Source: Nitrosopumilus sp.
Lineage (GTDB): Archaea; Thermoproteota; Nitrososphaeria; Nitrososphaerales; Nitrosopumilaceae
Assembly: GCA_963662625.1 (NCBI GenBank)
Contig: OY759726.1
Location: 576,001 to 640,000, forward strand
Length of the DNA: 64,000 nt
Direction: 5' to 3'
Part shown: positions 29,364 through 39,155 of the stretch, piece by piece
Layout of the letters: the number at the start of each line of letters is the position of its first letter
Position numbering within the stretch: the first letter of the stretch is position 1
Translations under genes and position numbers: made by a program
Notes under the pieces: generated by a model
What the model saw: the letters and a program-made list of their open reading frames with translations, nothing else
Databases searched by the model: none
What the model was told of the DNA's origin: nothing

Positions 29364-31148
29364 GTGGCGGGGAGGACCTACGGCACGGTGGATGTCAGGC
29401 CGAAGAGCACCATGCGCCATGACTCCAAGCACCACAGCATAGCGATCACCACGAGGCGCGACGTCGAGGAGGTCATAAAGAGCATCATACCGTCGCACGG
29501 CACGCGCCCCCTTACCGTGGAGGCGACCAGCGACAACGTGCGCCTCCTGAGCATGGTCCTCAGCGAGTACCCGATGCTGGTGGCGGGCAAGGACAGGTGG
29601 TACGGCCTGGTGATGGAAAAGGACGAGGCGAAGCACATGCAGGACCTCATCTCGGATCTTGCCCCGGTCACCCCCAACCCGAGGCGCTTCGCGGGGGTGC
29701 TCATGCCCTTCCAGAAGTACGGGCTGGACTTTCTTCTGAAGACCGACGGCAACGCGCTCGTGGCAGACGAGATGGGGCTGGGCAAGACCGTCCAGACGCT
29801 CGCCTTCGTGGCCCAGCGGCCGCAGTGCGTGCCGGTCGTGGTGGTGGCCCCCATCATCACGCTGGAGAACTGGAGGAGGGAGATACTCAGGTTCCTCAGG
29901 CTCGGGACTGGGGACAGGCGCGCCGAGCCGCGAATACGCATAATACGATCTGGCAAGGGGGGCGACCTGGGGCCGGCCGACTTTTACCTCATAAACTACG
30001 AGCTCGTGCACAAGCGCATAAACGACATACTGGCGGCGAACCCGAGGCTGGTGGTCTACGACGAGATCCAGAACCTGCGCCACACCAACACGTACAAGAT
30101 CCACGCCTGCACCGAGCTCTCGGGCCACGGGTCCGTGGCGCACCGCATAGGCCTCTCCGGGACCCCCATATACAACAACGGCGAGGAGATGTTCAAGATA
30201 GCCGAGGTGGTAAAGCCCGGCATATTCGGCACCAAGGAGCAGTTCAAGGAAAGGTTCTTCGAGGTAGACGACGTCTACGGGACCGTGCGCTTCAAGCAGG
30301 AGGAGCTGTCCGAATTCCTGCGGAAAAACCTCATAATCAGGAGGAGGAAGACCGACGTGCTCAAGGACCTGCCAGAGAAGAACAGGCTCCAGCAGGTCGT
30401 CCCCATAGACAGCTCGATGTACGAGGAGAAGATAAGGGAGCTGTACGTCAAGATAGACGGCGCGAAGAGGGCCCTCGGCGCGGCGGCGGGGGGAATGGAG
30501 AAGAAGCGCAGGCTCGCCGAGTTCAATTCCCTGCTCCTGGAGATGAGGATCGAGGAGCGCCAGATAGCTGGGCTTGCCAAGGTGCCGCACGTGGTGGAGT
30601 ACGTCAAGGGCCTCCTCGACGACTACCGGGAGGAAAAGATCGTCGTCTTCTGCCACCACAGGCGGGTGCACAAGGTCCTCCTCGACGGCCTGTGGAACCA
30701 CGGCCCCCTGCAGATAATAGGCGGCCAGTCCGACGCCGCGAGGCAGGAGGCGATAGACAGCTTCCAGAATGCCGGACGCAGGAGGGTCATCATCTGCGGC
30801 CTGCGCGCGGGCAACGTCGGCATCAACCTCACGGAGGCGTCGTACGTGGTGTTTGCGGAGCTGGACTGGTCGCCGGCGGTGCACGCCCAGGCGGAAGACC
30901 GGCTGCACCGCATAGGGCAGAGAAACCGCGTCTTCTCGCACTACCTAGTGGGCGCGGGCACGTTTGACGAGTACATCGCAGACATGCTGACTGCCAAGGG
31001 CGACGTGATAAGGAAGGTGCTGGGGGACAAGGCCGAGGCCACCAACAACCGGAAGGCGTACGAGCTGCTGGAGAAGAGGTTCGGGTTTGGCTCGGGGCTC
31101 ATCGCAGAGGAGCTTGCAAGAAAGCGGCAGGCAGACAGAAGATCGTAG
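29364..31148 (+). CDS. SNF2-family (HARP/SMARCAL1-like) helicase
   Basis: ADEMGLGKT, DEIQ, LSGTPIYN, RRRKTDVLKDLP, GINLT, WSPAVHAQAEDRLHRIGQ; GTG start chosen. Confidence 0.9.
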   Translation: MAGRTYGTVDVRPKSTMRHDSKHHSIAITTRRDVEEVIKSIIPSHGTRPLTVEATSDNVRLLSMVLSEYPMLVAGKDRWYGLVMEKDEAKHMQDLISDLAPVTPNPRRFAGVLMPFQKYGLDFLLKTDGNALVADEMGLGKTVQTLAFVAQRPQCVPVVVVAPIITLENWRREILRFLRLGTGDRRAEPRIRIIRSGKGGDLGPADFYLINYELVHKRINDILAANPRLVVYDEIQNLRHTNTYKIHACTELSGHGSVAHRIGLSGTPIYNNGEEMFKIAEVVKPGIFGTKEQFKERFFEVDDVYGTVRFKQEELSEFLRKNLIIRRRKTDVLKDLPEKNRLQQVVPIDSSMYEEKIRELYVKIDGAKRALGAAAGGMEKKRRLAEFNSLLLEMRIEERQIAGLAKVPHVVEYVKGLLDDYREEKIVVFCHHRRVHKVLLDGLWNHGPLQIIGGQSDAARQEAIDSFQNAGRRRVIICGLRAGNVGINLTEASYVVFAELDWSPAVHAQAEDRLHRIGQRNRVFSHYLVGAGTFDEYIADMLTAKGDVIRKVLGDKAEATNNRKAYELLEKRFGFGSGLIAEELARKRQADRRS

Positions 31149-31323
31149 GCGGGCCGGCACGGGCACGCCTGGCCGTGCGCCCTGCGCGCCCCCTAAACCC
31201 CGACACCCGCGCCACGTACCCGCCCGTCGCCGCGCGCGCAGGCGCGGGCCCCTCCGCGGCACCCGCGCCTGGCATGCTGGGGCGTCCAAAACCATTATAC
31301 GTAAACGCCGGCTACCCGTACGC

Positions 31324-31683
31324 ATGGAAGTCTTTGACGGGAAGAAGGCCGCCCAGGAGTACATGTCGCAGCATACCCTGGCATTCTCCACCCCGGAGCT
31401 GACCCTTATGCGGTTTGCCTTTTGGCTCGGGGATTCCGTGCCGGACCCGAAAGACAAGGACAAGGCCGTCCCCAGGATGATGACGTTCATGACCGAGCAG
31501 GACCTGGAGCCCGTCATGATCGACGACGGGAAATACGTGCCGAGCGGCGCGGTCAAGAGCACGGCGGCCTACGGCAACGCGTACAGCGAGCAGGTCCAGG
31601 GGGGGAAGTTTTGCGCCGAGTGCGGTAACGGCGTCTCTGACACGGCAAAATTCTGCCCGGAATGCGGGACGGTTGCCGAATAA
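31324..31683 (+). CDS. zinc-ribbon domain protein
   Basis: C-terminal KFCAECG...KFCPECG. Confidence 0.85.
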   Translation: MEVFDGKKAAQEYMSQHTLAFSTPELTLMRFAFWLGDSVPDPKDKDKAVPRMMTFMTEQDLEPVMIDDGKYVPSGAVKSTAAYGNAYSEQVQGGKFCAECGNGVSDTAKFCPECGTVAE

Positions 31684-31692
31684 CCCACTTGA

Positions 31693-32223
31693 TCAGACCT
31701 TGGCGCCGCACTTTGTGCAGAACTTTGCGTTGGGGCGCAGCCCGGCGCCGCAGGACGAGCACCCGCCCCCCGCTGCCGGGGCGGCCCTCTGCTGCACGAG
31801 CGCGGGATCGGGAGAGGGCAGCGTGCCGACCTTGCCGAACGCCTCCGCGGAGACTATTCCCGGCGGGGAGCCCCCCACCGGGTTTTGCGCGGTGCCGGCC
31901 CTGCCGGCCGGGGGCACCATGCCGCCCGCCATCATGCCTGGCTGCCCCATGCCGGGCATCAGCCCGGGGGACTGGGTGGCCCCCGAGCCCGTGCCGACTG
32001 CCTTCTTCAGCTCGAACAGCACCTTGATTGCCAGGAACTCCAGGGCGGAATACGCCACCACGTAGTCGCCCAGCTTCTGGAAGAACTCCTTGTCGCTTAG
32101 CTGCCCCTTCTTGTACATGTTGTTGGTGTCAAGGAACGACTCGTAGTATCCCTGCGACTCGGAGAACAGGCTGTCCAGCTTGTCAAACAGCATGTTGAGC
32201 GTGTCCACCTCCCCGAATGACAT
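31693..32223 (-). CDS. zinc-ribbon domain protein
   Basis: C-terminal CSSCG...KFCTKCG. Confidence 0.85.
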   Translation of the reverse strand: MSFGEVDTLNMLFDKLDSLFSESQGYYESFLDTNNMYKKGQLSDKEFFQKLGDYVVAYSALEFLAIKVLFELKKAVGTGSGATQSPGLMPGMGQPGMMAGGMVPPAGRAGTAQNPVGGSPPGIVSAEAFGKVGTLPSPDPALVQQRAAPAAGGGCSSCGAGLRPNAKFCTKCGAKV

Positions 32224-32287
32224 ACACGGGGTTGAATACAGGAATATTAATTACTTTAGGATCAAAAAGAGAAAAATGTGTCGCGGC

Positions 32288-32614
32288 CTACGCGAGCGCC
32301 CTGTCGATCATGCTCTTGTACGACTCTTTTGACGCGGCGCCCACCTGCTGGCTTACCACCTTCCCCTTGTCGAGGACGACCAGGGTCGGGATGCTGAATA
32401 CGTTGTATTTGGACGCCAGGTCGCTGGCCTCGTCCACGTTGACCTTGACGAACTTGACCTTGCCCTCGTAGTCGTTTGCCAGCTCCTCGACTATCGGGCT
32501 CACCATCCTGCACGGACCGCACCATTCCGCCCAAAAGTCGACCAGCACCGGGATCTCGGAATCGACCACGTCGATCGCCCAGGACCTTGCGTCGGAAACT
32601 TGCTTTATTTCCAT
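32288..32614 (-). CDS. trxA: thioredoxin
   Basis: VDFWAEWCGPC, SIPT. Confidence 0.97.
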   Translation of the reverse strand: MEIKQVSDARSWAIDVVDSEIPVLVDFWAEWCGPCRMVSPIVEELANDYEGKVKFVKVNVDEASDLASKYNVFSIPTLVVLDKGKVVSQQVGAASKESYKSMIDRALA

Positions 32615-33878
32615 GAAGTCATTGGGCGCAAAACGTACCTAAAAACGTTCACCGGAATTTACACCATTTTTTGTCGGAAAGCCGTGCCGGGGGGCCGTGC
32701 GCGGGCAGGGGCGGGCGCCCGGCGCAGCCCGGATAGCCCCAGGCAGGGCAGGCAGGCACCCGGAGGACAGGGAGCGGGCGCCGGGAGCGGCATCCGGGCC
32801 CGCCAAGGCAGGCCAGGGGACGCAGGTACGGCGCGGCACGCAGGGGGCAGCCGTGCCGCGGGCGCGGCCGTCCCTGGCACGGCACCTTGGAGGATCCCAC
32901 CTGTGGGGACTGCCCGGGGTGCCCGAAGGGCCGCCGGGAAGGCCTGGGGCGATCAGGACCGGCGCAGGCCGGGGCCCTAGGGGTTGGCAGGCCTTGGATC
33001 CCCTGGAGATCGTGGCGCCAGGGGCAGGGCATCATGCTTGATTCCGCACTCGGGGATACAGAACAGGCCCTACGGATCCTGGGGAAATGGCAGTAGTATT
33101 ACCAAGCACCACACCCACCCAGTGGACGACTGTGGCAGGCAACACACATCCCTTCTAGAAGATCAAAAGGCGTTCCTGTGCGTGCAGGAATGGCGCCAAA
33201 GGGGGCATCCTGTGGCAAGCAGTCAGGGAATGGGAACGGTGTCAAGAGCATGAAACAGTAATTCCCATGCATTTTTCACAATACGGCCAGGAGAATTCAA
33301 GGTATTCCTCCTTTTCAGTGCTTCCGGCGCCTCCCCAACTGTGTTTTGCACGTTCCGGGTAGCCATCAGCCCCACAACAGGCTCCCGTCTCCCAGTCTTT
33401 TCATGCAATGGAACGTGAAATGTCGTGGTGGCCCTGCCCGGATGGACGGCAGTCTGATCCGGGTAGAATCGTTGCACTATAATACCGTCCACATCCACCA
33501 TCCAGCCAAACAGTGACGCTACAAGATTGCCAGGCCACCAGTGGCCTGCCTATGCCGGTACAGGGTTTAGTCAGACCCTTGGCGACTCATTTTGGGTGGA
33601 CGTGTTTTTTTGCACATGAGGACAGGCAGTGGCTCTCCTAGAAGGCACGTACCAGCGGATGTTTTGTTGGCCGATTTTAATGCGCCCGGCTACACAGGTA
33701 CGGCTTGACAGGGCCGCCGGCGCGAGATGCCCCAAAGTGCGGAGCCTTCCCCGATGCCTCCGCCCATGTACGGCCCATGCCTGATCACATGAAATAGGTA
33801 AATTGGTATCATGAAATCACAAATATATATATATAATTGTGTTTTAATCGTACCAAATTGAATAACACATTAATTGCA

Positions 33879-35945
33879 ATGATCAAGCAGGTCATAAGGG
33901 GGAATAACGAAAGGAAGGCCCTGAAAGAGTCCCTGCCAATCAAGGATTGGCAGTTCAACGAAAACCTCAGGGAGCTTGAAAGGACAGGATACCTGGCCTC
34001 AGATGGCATCGTCGTGAACTTACCGGGAACCGGCAAGGGGATATTGCTGAGGGCAATATCACAAAAATTTGACATTGCAAAAATCCTCAGGGGATCGAAT
34101 GAAAGGGTACTCTGTCACCTAACCAAACCGCAGACGGTCTTTTCACTCAAGCGATCCACGGGGTTGTCAAGGACCGTGATCTACAGGGCCATATCGGATC
34201 TCCAATCGATCGGCGCGATCAAGAGAGACGGCGACGGCATCCGAATCGACGGATCGCATGAAAAACTAATGCTCTTTGCTGAGATCTTAAAAGCAGAGGC
34301 GGAGAACGGGGGCGGGCCTAACGTAGAGACCATATTCAGGAACGGAGCAAGAACGCTGAAAAAAATCCCAAAAGGGAGCACTGCCGACGGAGAGATGACG
34401 GGGTTTTCGCTGTATTCCGACTACGGGGTAGAATACCACACCACTCATGACTATTACGTCAGGCAGGACAGGAATTTGCAGCTTGAAGACGTGCTGATTC
34501 ATTCGGTATGTTCGGCGTACCGGGAGATGGATAAATCGCAGATTGCAATGTGCATGGTATTCTACCTGAAGAACAGGGAAAAGATGGACACGCTGGAATT
34601 GAGGAGAATCGCGGCAGAGTTCAAGGTGGCAAGCGTGTGGATAGACGTGGAGGGGTATCTGAGGAACAACGAACCGAAGAACTGCCGCTTGTTCCTGCCC
34701 AAGGACGAGTTTGCAGAAAAGGCAAGCCTTTACGACATTGCCCCAGACGCATACACGCTTCCGGAGGGGTATCCAAAACTGTTTGAGGACATAGGAGTGG
34801 AACTGACACGAGAAGTTACCGCATACCTGATTGGTGGGGAAAACATGCGGATAAAGGGACTGAAACCGAGAACCAAGGACTGCGACGTGGTGGTGGAAAG
34901 CAACAGTGATTACGACACGCTTGTGGAAACTCTTACTGCGATGGGGTACAGCCAGAAAGGCCCGTTGGAGTTCGCAAAAGAGGATTTGAGGATATGGCCA
35001 TCTACGATTCTCACGCACCCCAAAAGAAGCAGGATCGACCTTTACACAAAGAGGATCCTCAGGACACTGTCCCTGTCGGAAAATATGATCGGGAGGGCGC
35101 ACTATGAGGACTTTCAGAACATGAGAGTGGGAATACTGCGAAACGAGGATGTCTTTCTCTTAAAGTCAGTCACCAGCAGGGAAGGCGACATCCACGACAT
35201 GGCAGCCCTTGCACGAAATGACACGCAGGCAGACGGAACATACCGGCAAAAAATCTTTGACTGGAACATCGTCTGGGACGAAATAATCCACCAGGGGCAG
35301 GAGAACCGCACACAGGACTTTACAGGGATAATCAAAGACAACATAGAGTTACTAATTGAACAGACCGGGATAACTCCCCCGTTTCACGGAAAGCTGCTCA
35401 GGCACGTGGCAGACCACGAGATAACGCGGCTACTAAGGGAGAGGCCGCTGCCCCTCATCGAGGTTGTGGGCCATCTGGAAGACAGCATGACGTCGGGGCA
35501 TTTCATCAGAAGCCGGGTGGACCACCTGGTAAAGTCTGGAATGGCGAAAAAGACGACGGACGGGAACTTGGTGCTCGTACACCTGACAGGCAATATTAGA
35601 TTTCCCGGCTATGACCTGGAGATCGATGCCAAAAATATGGAGGAGTACCTCAAGTGGAGGTTTCCAATGCGGCAGGGAACCACCCCACGCAAGTATAAAG
35701 AACTTGCAGAGGGGCTCACCCGCATAGGACTTGACAGAGTTGGTCAGGTGGACGAGATGTGCGTGCGGGCATCACGCGCCCTGCAGGCGTGTGAAGAGAC
35801 GTACTTCAGAAATGACAAATTGCGAGATGTCGGGGCACTTCGGATCTGCGTCGGGCTATCAACCAGCGGCCCCGGCACTGATTGCAGTTCCTCTGAATTT
35901 TATGTAATAAACCATAAAAAATTCAGGGGGCTAGCTAGGAGTTAA
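33879..35945 (+). CDS. multidomain protein: tandem wHTH/AbiEi-like region fused to a DUF6036/AbiEii-like nucleotidyltransferase plus C-terminal wHTH/helical domain
   Basis: HTH TGLSRTVIYRAISDL; NTase YLIGGENM...RTKDCDVV, RIDLY, LLKSVTSREGDIHD; AT-rich relative to the core. Confidence 0.75.
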   Translation: MIKQVIRGNNERKALKESLPIKDWQFNENLRELERTGYLASDGIVVNLPGTGKGILLRAISQKFDIAKILRGSNERVLCHLTKPQTVFSLKRSTGLSRTVIYRAISDLQSIGAIKRDGDGIRIDGSHEKLMLFAEILKAEAENGGGPNVETIFRNGARTLKKIPKGSTADGEMTGFSLYSDYGVEYHTTHDYYVRQDRNLQLEDVLIHSVCSAYREMDKSQIAMCMVFYLKNREKMDTLELRRIAAEFKVASVWIDVEGYLRNNEPKNCRLFLPKDEFAEKASLYDIAPDAYTLPEGYPKLFEDIGVELTREVTAYLIGGENMRIKGLKPRTKDCDVVVESNSDYDTLVETLTAMGYSQKGPLEFAKEDLRIWPSTILTHPKRSRIDLYTKRILRTLSLSENMIGRAHYEDFQNMRVGILRNEDVFLLKSVTSREGDIHDMAALARNDTQADGTYRQKIFDWNIVWDEIIHQGQENRTQDFTGIIKDNIELLIEQTGITPPFHGKLLRHVADHEITRLLRERPLPLIEVVGHLEDSMTSGHFIRSRVDHLVKSGMAKKTTDGNLVLVHLTGNIRFPGYDLEIDAKNMEEYLKWRFPMRQGTTPRKYKELAEGLTRIGLDRVGQVDEMCVRASRALQACEETYFRNDKLRDVGALRICVGLSTSGPGTDCSSSEFYVINHKKFRGLARS

Positions 35946-35979
35946 ATTCGGCCAAGCACGAGAGAAGGAAGGTGAAAGG

Positions 35980-36840
35980 TTGAGCCTGAGGGAAAGACTA
36001 AATGCTGCAAAAGATCTGCAAAAGGAAAACTACATAGCTGTGCTTGGGCCGTCAGGTACAGGCAAGACAGTCTTCATAACGTTGCTCAACCACGCACTTG
36101 ATAATTACTTTTTAGAGAGGCACCAAGATCTAACCTCATATCCAAAAGACGGAAGGCCGTTTCTAGAAGCATGTGAAAACAGCATGATAAGAGGGGAATT
36201 TCCAGAAAGAACCCAACAGTTGTCACGCGACATGATTGTCATAGAATTGAGCGGTAGCGGGAGCACCGGCACGTCAATCGAGCTGAGATTTCCAGACATA
36301 TCAGGCGAGGACTATAACCACATGTGTTTGGGCAGCGATGTGAGAGGCGAGGAACGGGTATCCAAGGTACTGGACATGGGAAGAGCCAAGAGGGATCACT
36401 TCGGTCCTATGACATATGCGATGTATGCCAAGGCATATGTGATTTTAATTGATTGCTCAAAGTTCGACGATTGGGAGACTATGGGGACACGGTATGCCCG
36501 GGCCATCACCACAATACATGATTTCAAAAAAGTCACCAATACTTCCACAAACGACAAAATCGACTCCCTCATTGCAGTCATCTTGACAAAAGCAGACAAC
36601 CTCCCAAACAGAGGCGAGTTGACGCCGGATGATCTGGTCAAAAAACACCTAAAGCGTTTTTACAACACTCTGAATGCGGTTCATGGCGGAAAACGTGGGT
36701 TTTTTATGGTGCATGTGGAGGTTCGGCGAAACGCAGAAAACGTGGTAGAAGACCCAAAAGATCTGAAGGTTGCAGTACCATTGACGTATGATCATGAAGA
36801 ATATATTCGGTTTGTAGAATGGCTGCATCAAAATATTTAG
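35980..36840 (+). CDS. TRAFAC-class GTPase (DO-GTPase-like)
   Basis: G1 GPSGTGKT, G2 PERT, G3 DISGE, ILID, G4 TKAD; SD-like aggaaggtga upstream. Confidence 0.85.
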   Translation: MSLRERLNAAKDLQKENYIAVLGPSGTGKTVFITLLNHALDNYFLERHQDLTSYPKDGRPFLEACENSMIRGEFPERTQQLSRDMIVIELSGSGSTGTSIELRFPDISGEDYNHMCLGSDVRGEERVSKVLDMGRAKRDHFGPMTYAMYAKAYVILIDCSKFDDWETMGTRYARAITTIHDFKKVTNTSTNDKIDSLIAVILTKADNLPNRGELTPDDLVKKHLKRFYNTLNAVHGGKRGFFMVHVEVRRNAENVVEDPKDLKVAVPLTYDHEEYIRFVEWLHQNI

Positions 36841-36841
36841 G

Positions 36842-38140
36842 ATGTCTATGCAAGCAACGTGTGATCAGTTCGTCTATACTGCCGCCAAGATAGGAAGCAG
36901 GGAAGGCTACCAGGTAATAGCAAAAAGTTCCGGAATAACTGATCAGATCGTTACCAGCATGATGTCTTACCTGTACCCGCTGGGTGTCAAAGTAAGCGAG
37001 TTTAGTGAATCGCGGTCACTGATCACACTTGCAAACAAAAAATTGGTAGCGTACAGCATAATCAAAAACATCGGCATCGGATATGATGGCAGGAGGGGAA
37101 CTCTGTACAATCACACTTTTGTGATGGATGCCGACCAATTTCGGGGGATTGGCTGCGACTCGAGGCTGTTTGACCGGCATTACAAAGAAGATGGCGAGTT
37201 GAGAGGGACGCTTCCAAAAATACAGATAGAGTCAGGGTATGTTGAACCCGATTTTGGCAAACTTGACAGCGTCGGTAAGGAAATTCTGGAAGAAATCCTA
37301 TACAGAATAATAAAAAAGACAAAGCTGGCCATAGTCAGAGATCACTACGGGGATGTGGAATTTATCCAAAACCTGCTTGCCGTGCTGCCCCCCCACCAAC
37401 GCCTTGTCCCGTTTTCCACGCTGGTGGTGGAACCAGATCGCCAATACGGCTACAAGCTGATCCAGATTCAAAGGGAATCCACGGGCAAGCTTGGAAAAAA
37501 GTTTGCCGTGGTAGGCGAAAACTTGGAAATAAAAAACAGGCCCGCTTCACGTAACACTTTAGAATTTAAGGGTGCGAATATACTGTCCGAGATAATCAGA
37601 ACCAGAAACACGGAAAAATTGCTAAGAATTTTTGGCGATATTCAAAATATTTCAGATGAGCTGGCCGCAGTTAGGCAAATAAGAGTCAAAGACATATTCT
37701 CCGAAAGTGAGTTCAAAAAATCACTAAAATCCAAAGAATACGAATCAATAAAAAACAAAACCACCAAGCTCTACTCTTCGGATAGGTTTAACGATGCGCC
37801 GCCAAGGGTTATTTTATCAATTACCAAGAAGATTCGCACGATTGCGGTCACGGGATTGAAGGGGGAGAAATCCACCACCGGCGAACTGCTAGAAATTGTA
37901 AGAGTGCTTCTTGATCGTGTAAACTATATGGAAAACTATTCAAATAAAAAAATGCGCGGTTCGTTAAAAGAAAAATTCGCCAATGAAAGGTTGGATTTGG
38001 AAGAAATTTTGCGCGAATACGCTCCGGTGCAAGAAAGTTCCCCATATGCCTTTGATATTGTTGGGTATGGATGCAGGCTTGTAAAACGTTGGAAAGAGAG
38101 CGTGGAAGCATTCACGTTGCTGTTCGGGGGCAAAAACTGA
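36842..38140 (+). CDS. GAP1-N2-like (GTPase-associated) protein
   Basis: QFVYTA...GYQVIAKSSG...YDGRRGTLYNHTFV; starts 1 nt after the GTPase stop. Confidence 0.7.
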   Translation: MSMQATCDQFVYTAAKIGSREGYQVIAKSSGITDQIVTSMMSYLYPLGVKVSEFSESRSLITLANKKLVAYSIIKNIGIGYDGRRGTLYNHTFVMDADQFRGIGCDSRLFDRHYKEDGELRGTLPKIQIESGYVEPDFGKLDSVGKEILEEILYRIIKKTKLAIVRDHYGDVEFIQNLLAVLPPHQRLVPFSTLVVEPDRQYGYKLIQIQRESTGKLGKKFAVVGENLEIKNRPASRNTLEFKGANILSEIIRTRNTEKLLRIFGDIQNISDELAAVRQIRVKDIFSESEFKKSLKSKEYESIKNKTTKLYSSDRFNDAPPRVILSITKKIRTIAVTGLKGEKSTTGELLEIVRVLLDRVNYMENYSNKKMRGSLKEKFANERLDLEEILREYAPVQESSPYAFDIVGYGCRLVKRWKESVEAFTLLFGGKN

Positions 38141-38307
38141 TCGCATGTTTGGGGGTACGCATGGGCACCCTAGTTTGAGAAGGACACGTTCCAGAATGCC
38201 CTAGACTGGCAACCGATCCGGATGTGGTAATTCCTATCGTGAGAATCCTCCAAATCCCGGCCATCTGCAGGCACTATACTTAAATGATGTTTTCGTGGAT
38301 CACGGGT

Positions 38308-39114
38308 ATGAGCGCCGAGATGAGGACCAAGAAGCTGAGGGGTTCCGGAGGCTACGTCATGGCAAGCATCAGCGACGAGCAGCAGATGAAGGGGAACCTG
38401 GGGGGGCCCGACCTGTTCCTGGCCCCGATGGGGAGGCTGGACGAGGAGAGGATCTCCAAGCATTTCTGCAACACCTGCGAAAAAGAGTTCGAGGGCGCGC
38501 CGAAGATACGTTACGAGAGCCCCAACGAGGAGGTCGCCGACAACCTGATCCTGGCAGAGAAGGGCCAGTACCTGTGCGGCTCCTGCGACGGGACGCTGGC
38601 AGAGTACAGGGAGTTCAAAAAGATGGACGAGGCAGGCGAGATAGGGCACGCAAAGCCGCTCGAGCCTGCTGCCGCGCCGGAGGCGCCTGCCGCGGAACCG
38701 GCAGTGCAGGAGCAGGCGGCGGCGGGGCCCGGAGGCGGCGGGGCCGCGCCGGAACCGGCGGCAGAACAGGCGGAGGAGGCCTCCGGGCGGCGGCCAGCCG
38801 AGGCCGCGGAGGCGGCGGCGGGATCGGTGAGCCCGATCGGCGGGAGGATCGTCTTTGACGAGGACGCCAACCAGATCGGAAAGTCAAAGCACGTGGGACT
38901 GGACCCTAGCCAGTCGCTGGTGCTGGTGGTTACCAGGAACGACGGGACAGAAGAGGCGGTCTCGTGGGACAGGATCAAGAAGATAGGCGAGGTCATCCTG
39001 CTGGGGGATCCGGCCCAGGCATCCCCGGAAAAGCCGCCCGGCGAGTGCCAGGGCTGCGGGTTTGCGAACAATGAGGGCTCGAAATTCTGCGAAGAATGCG
39101 GCGCCAGGCTATAA
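38308..39114 (+). CDS. thaumarchaeal zinc-ribbon protein with PRC-barrel-like region
   Basis: HFCNTC, YLCGSC, low-complexity linker, WDRIKKIGEVILL, CQGCG...KFCEECG. Confidence 0.8.
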   Translation: MSAEMRTKKLRGSGGYVMASISDEQQMKGNLGGPDLFLAPMGRLDEERISKHFCNTCEKEFEGAPKIRYESPNEEVADNLILAEKGQYLCGSCDGTLAEYREFKKMDEAGEIGHAKPLEPAAAPEAPAAEPAVQEQAAAGPGGGGAAPEPAAEQAEEASGRRPAEAAEAAAGSVSPIGGRIVFDEDANQIGKSKHVGLDPSQSLVLVVTRNDGTEEAVSWDRIKKIGEVILLGDPAQASPEKPPGECQGCGFANNEGSKFCEECGARL

Positions 39115-39155
39115 TCCAGTAAGTTTAATCAATGGCGTTGCGGGCTGGGTTGTAG

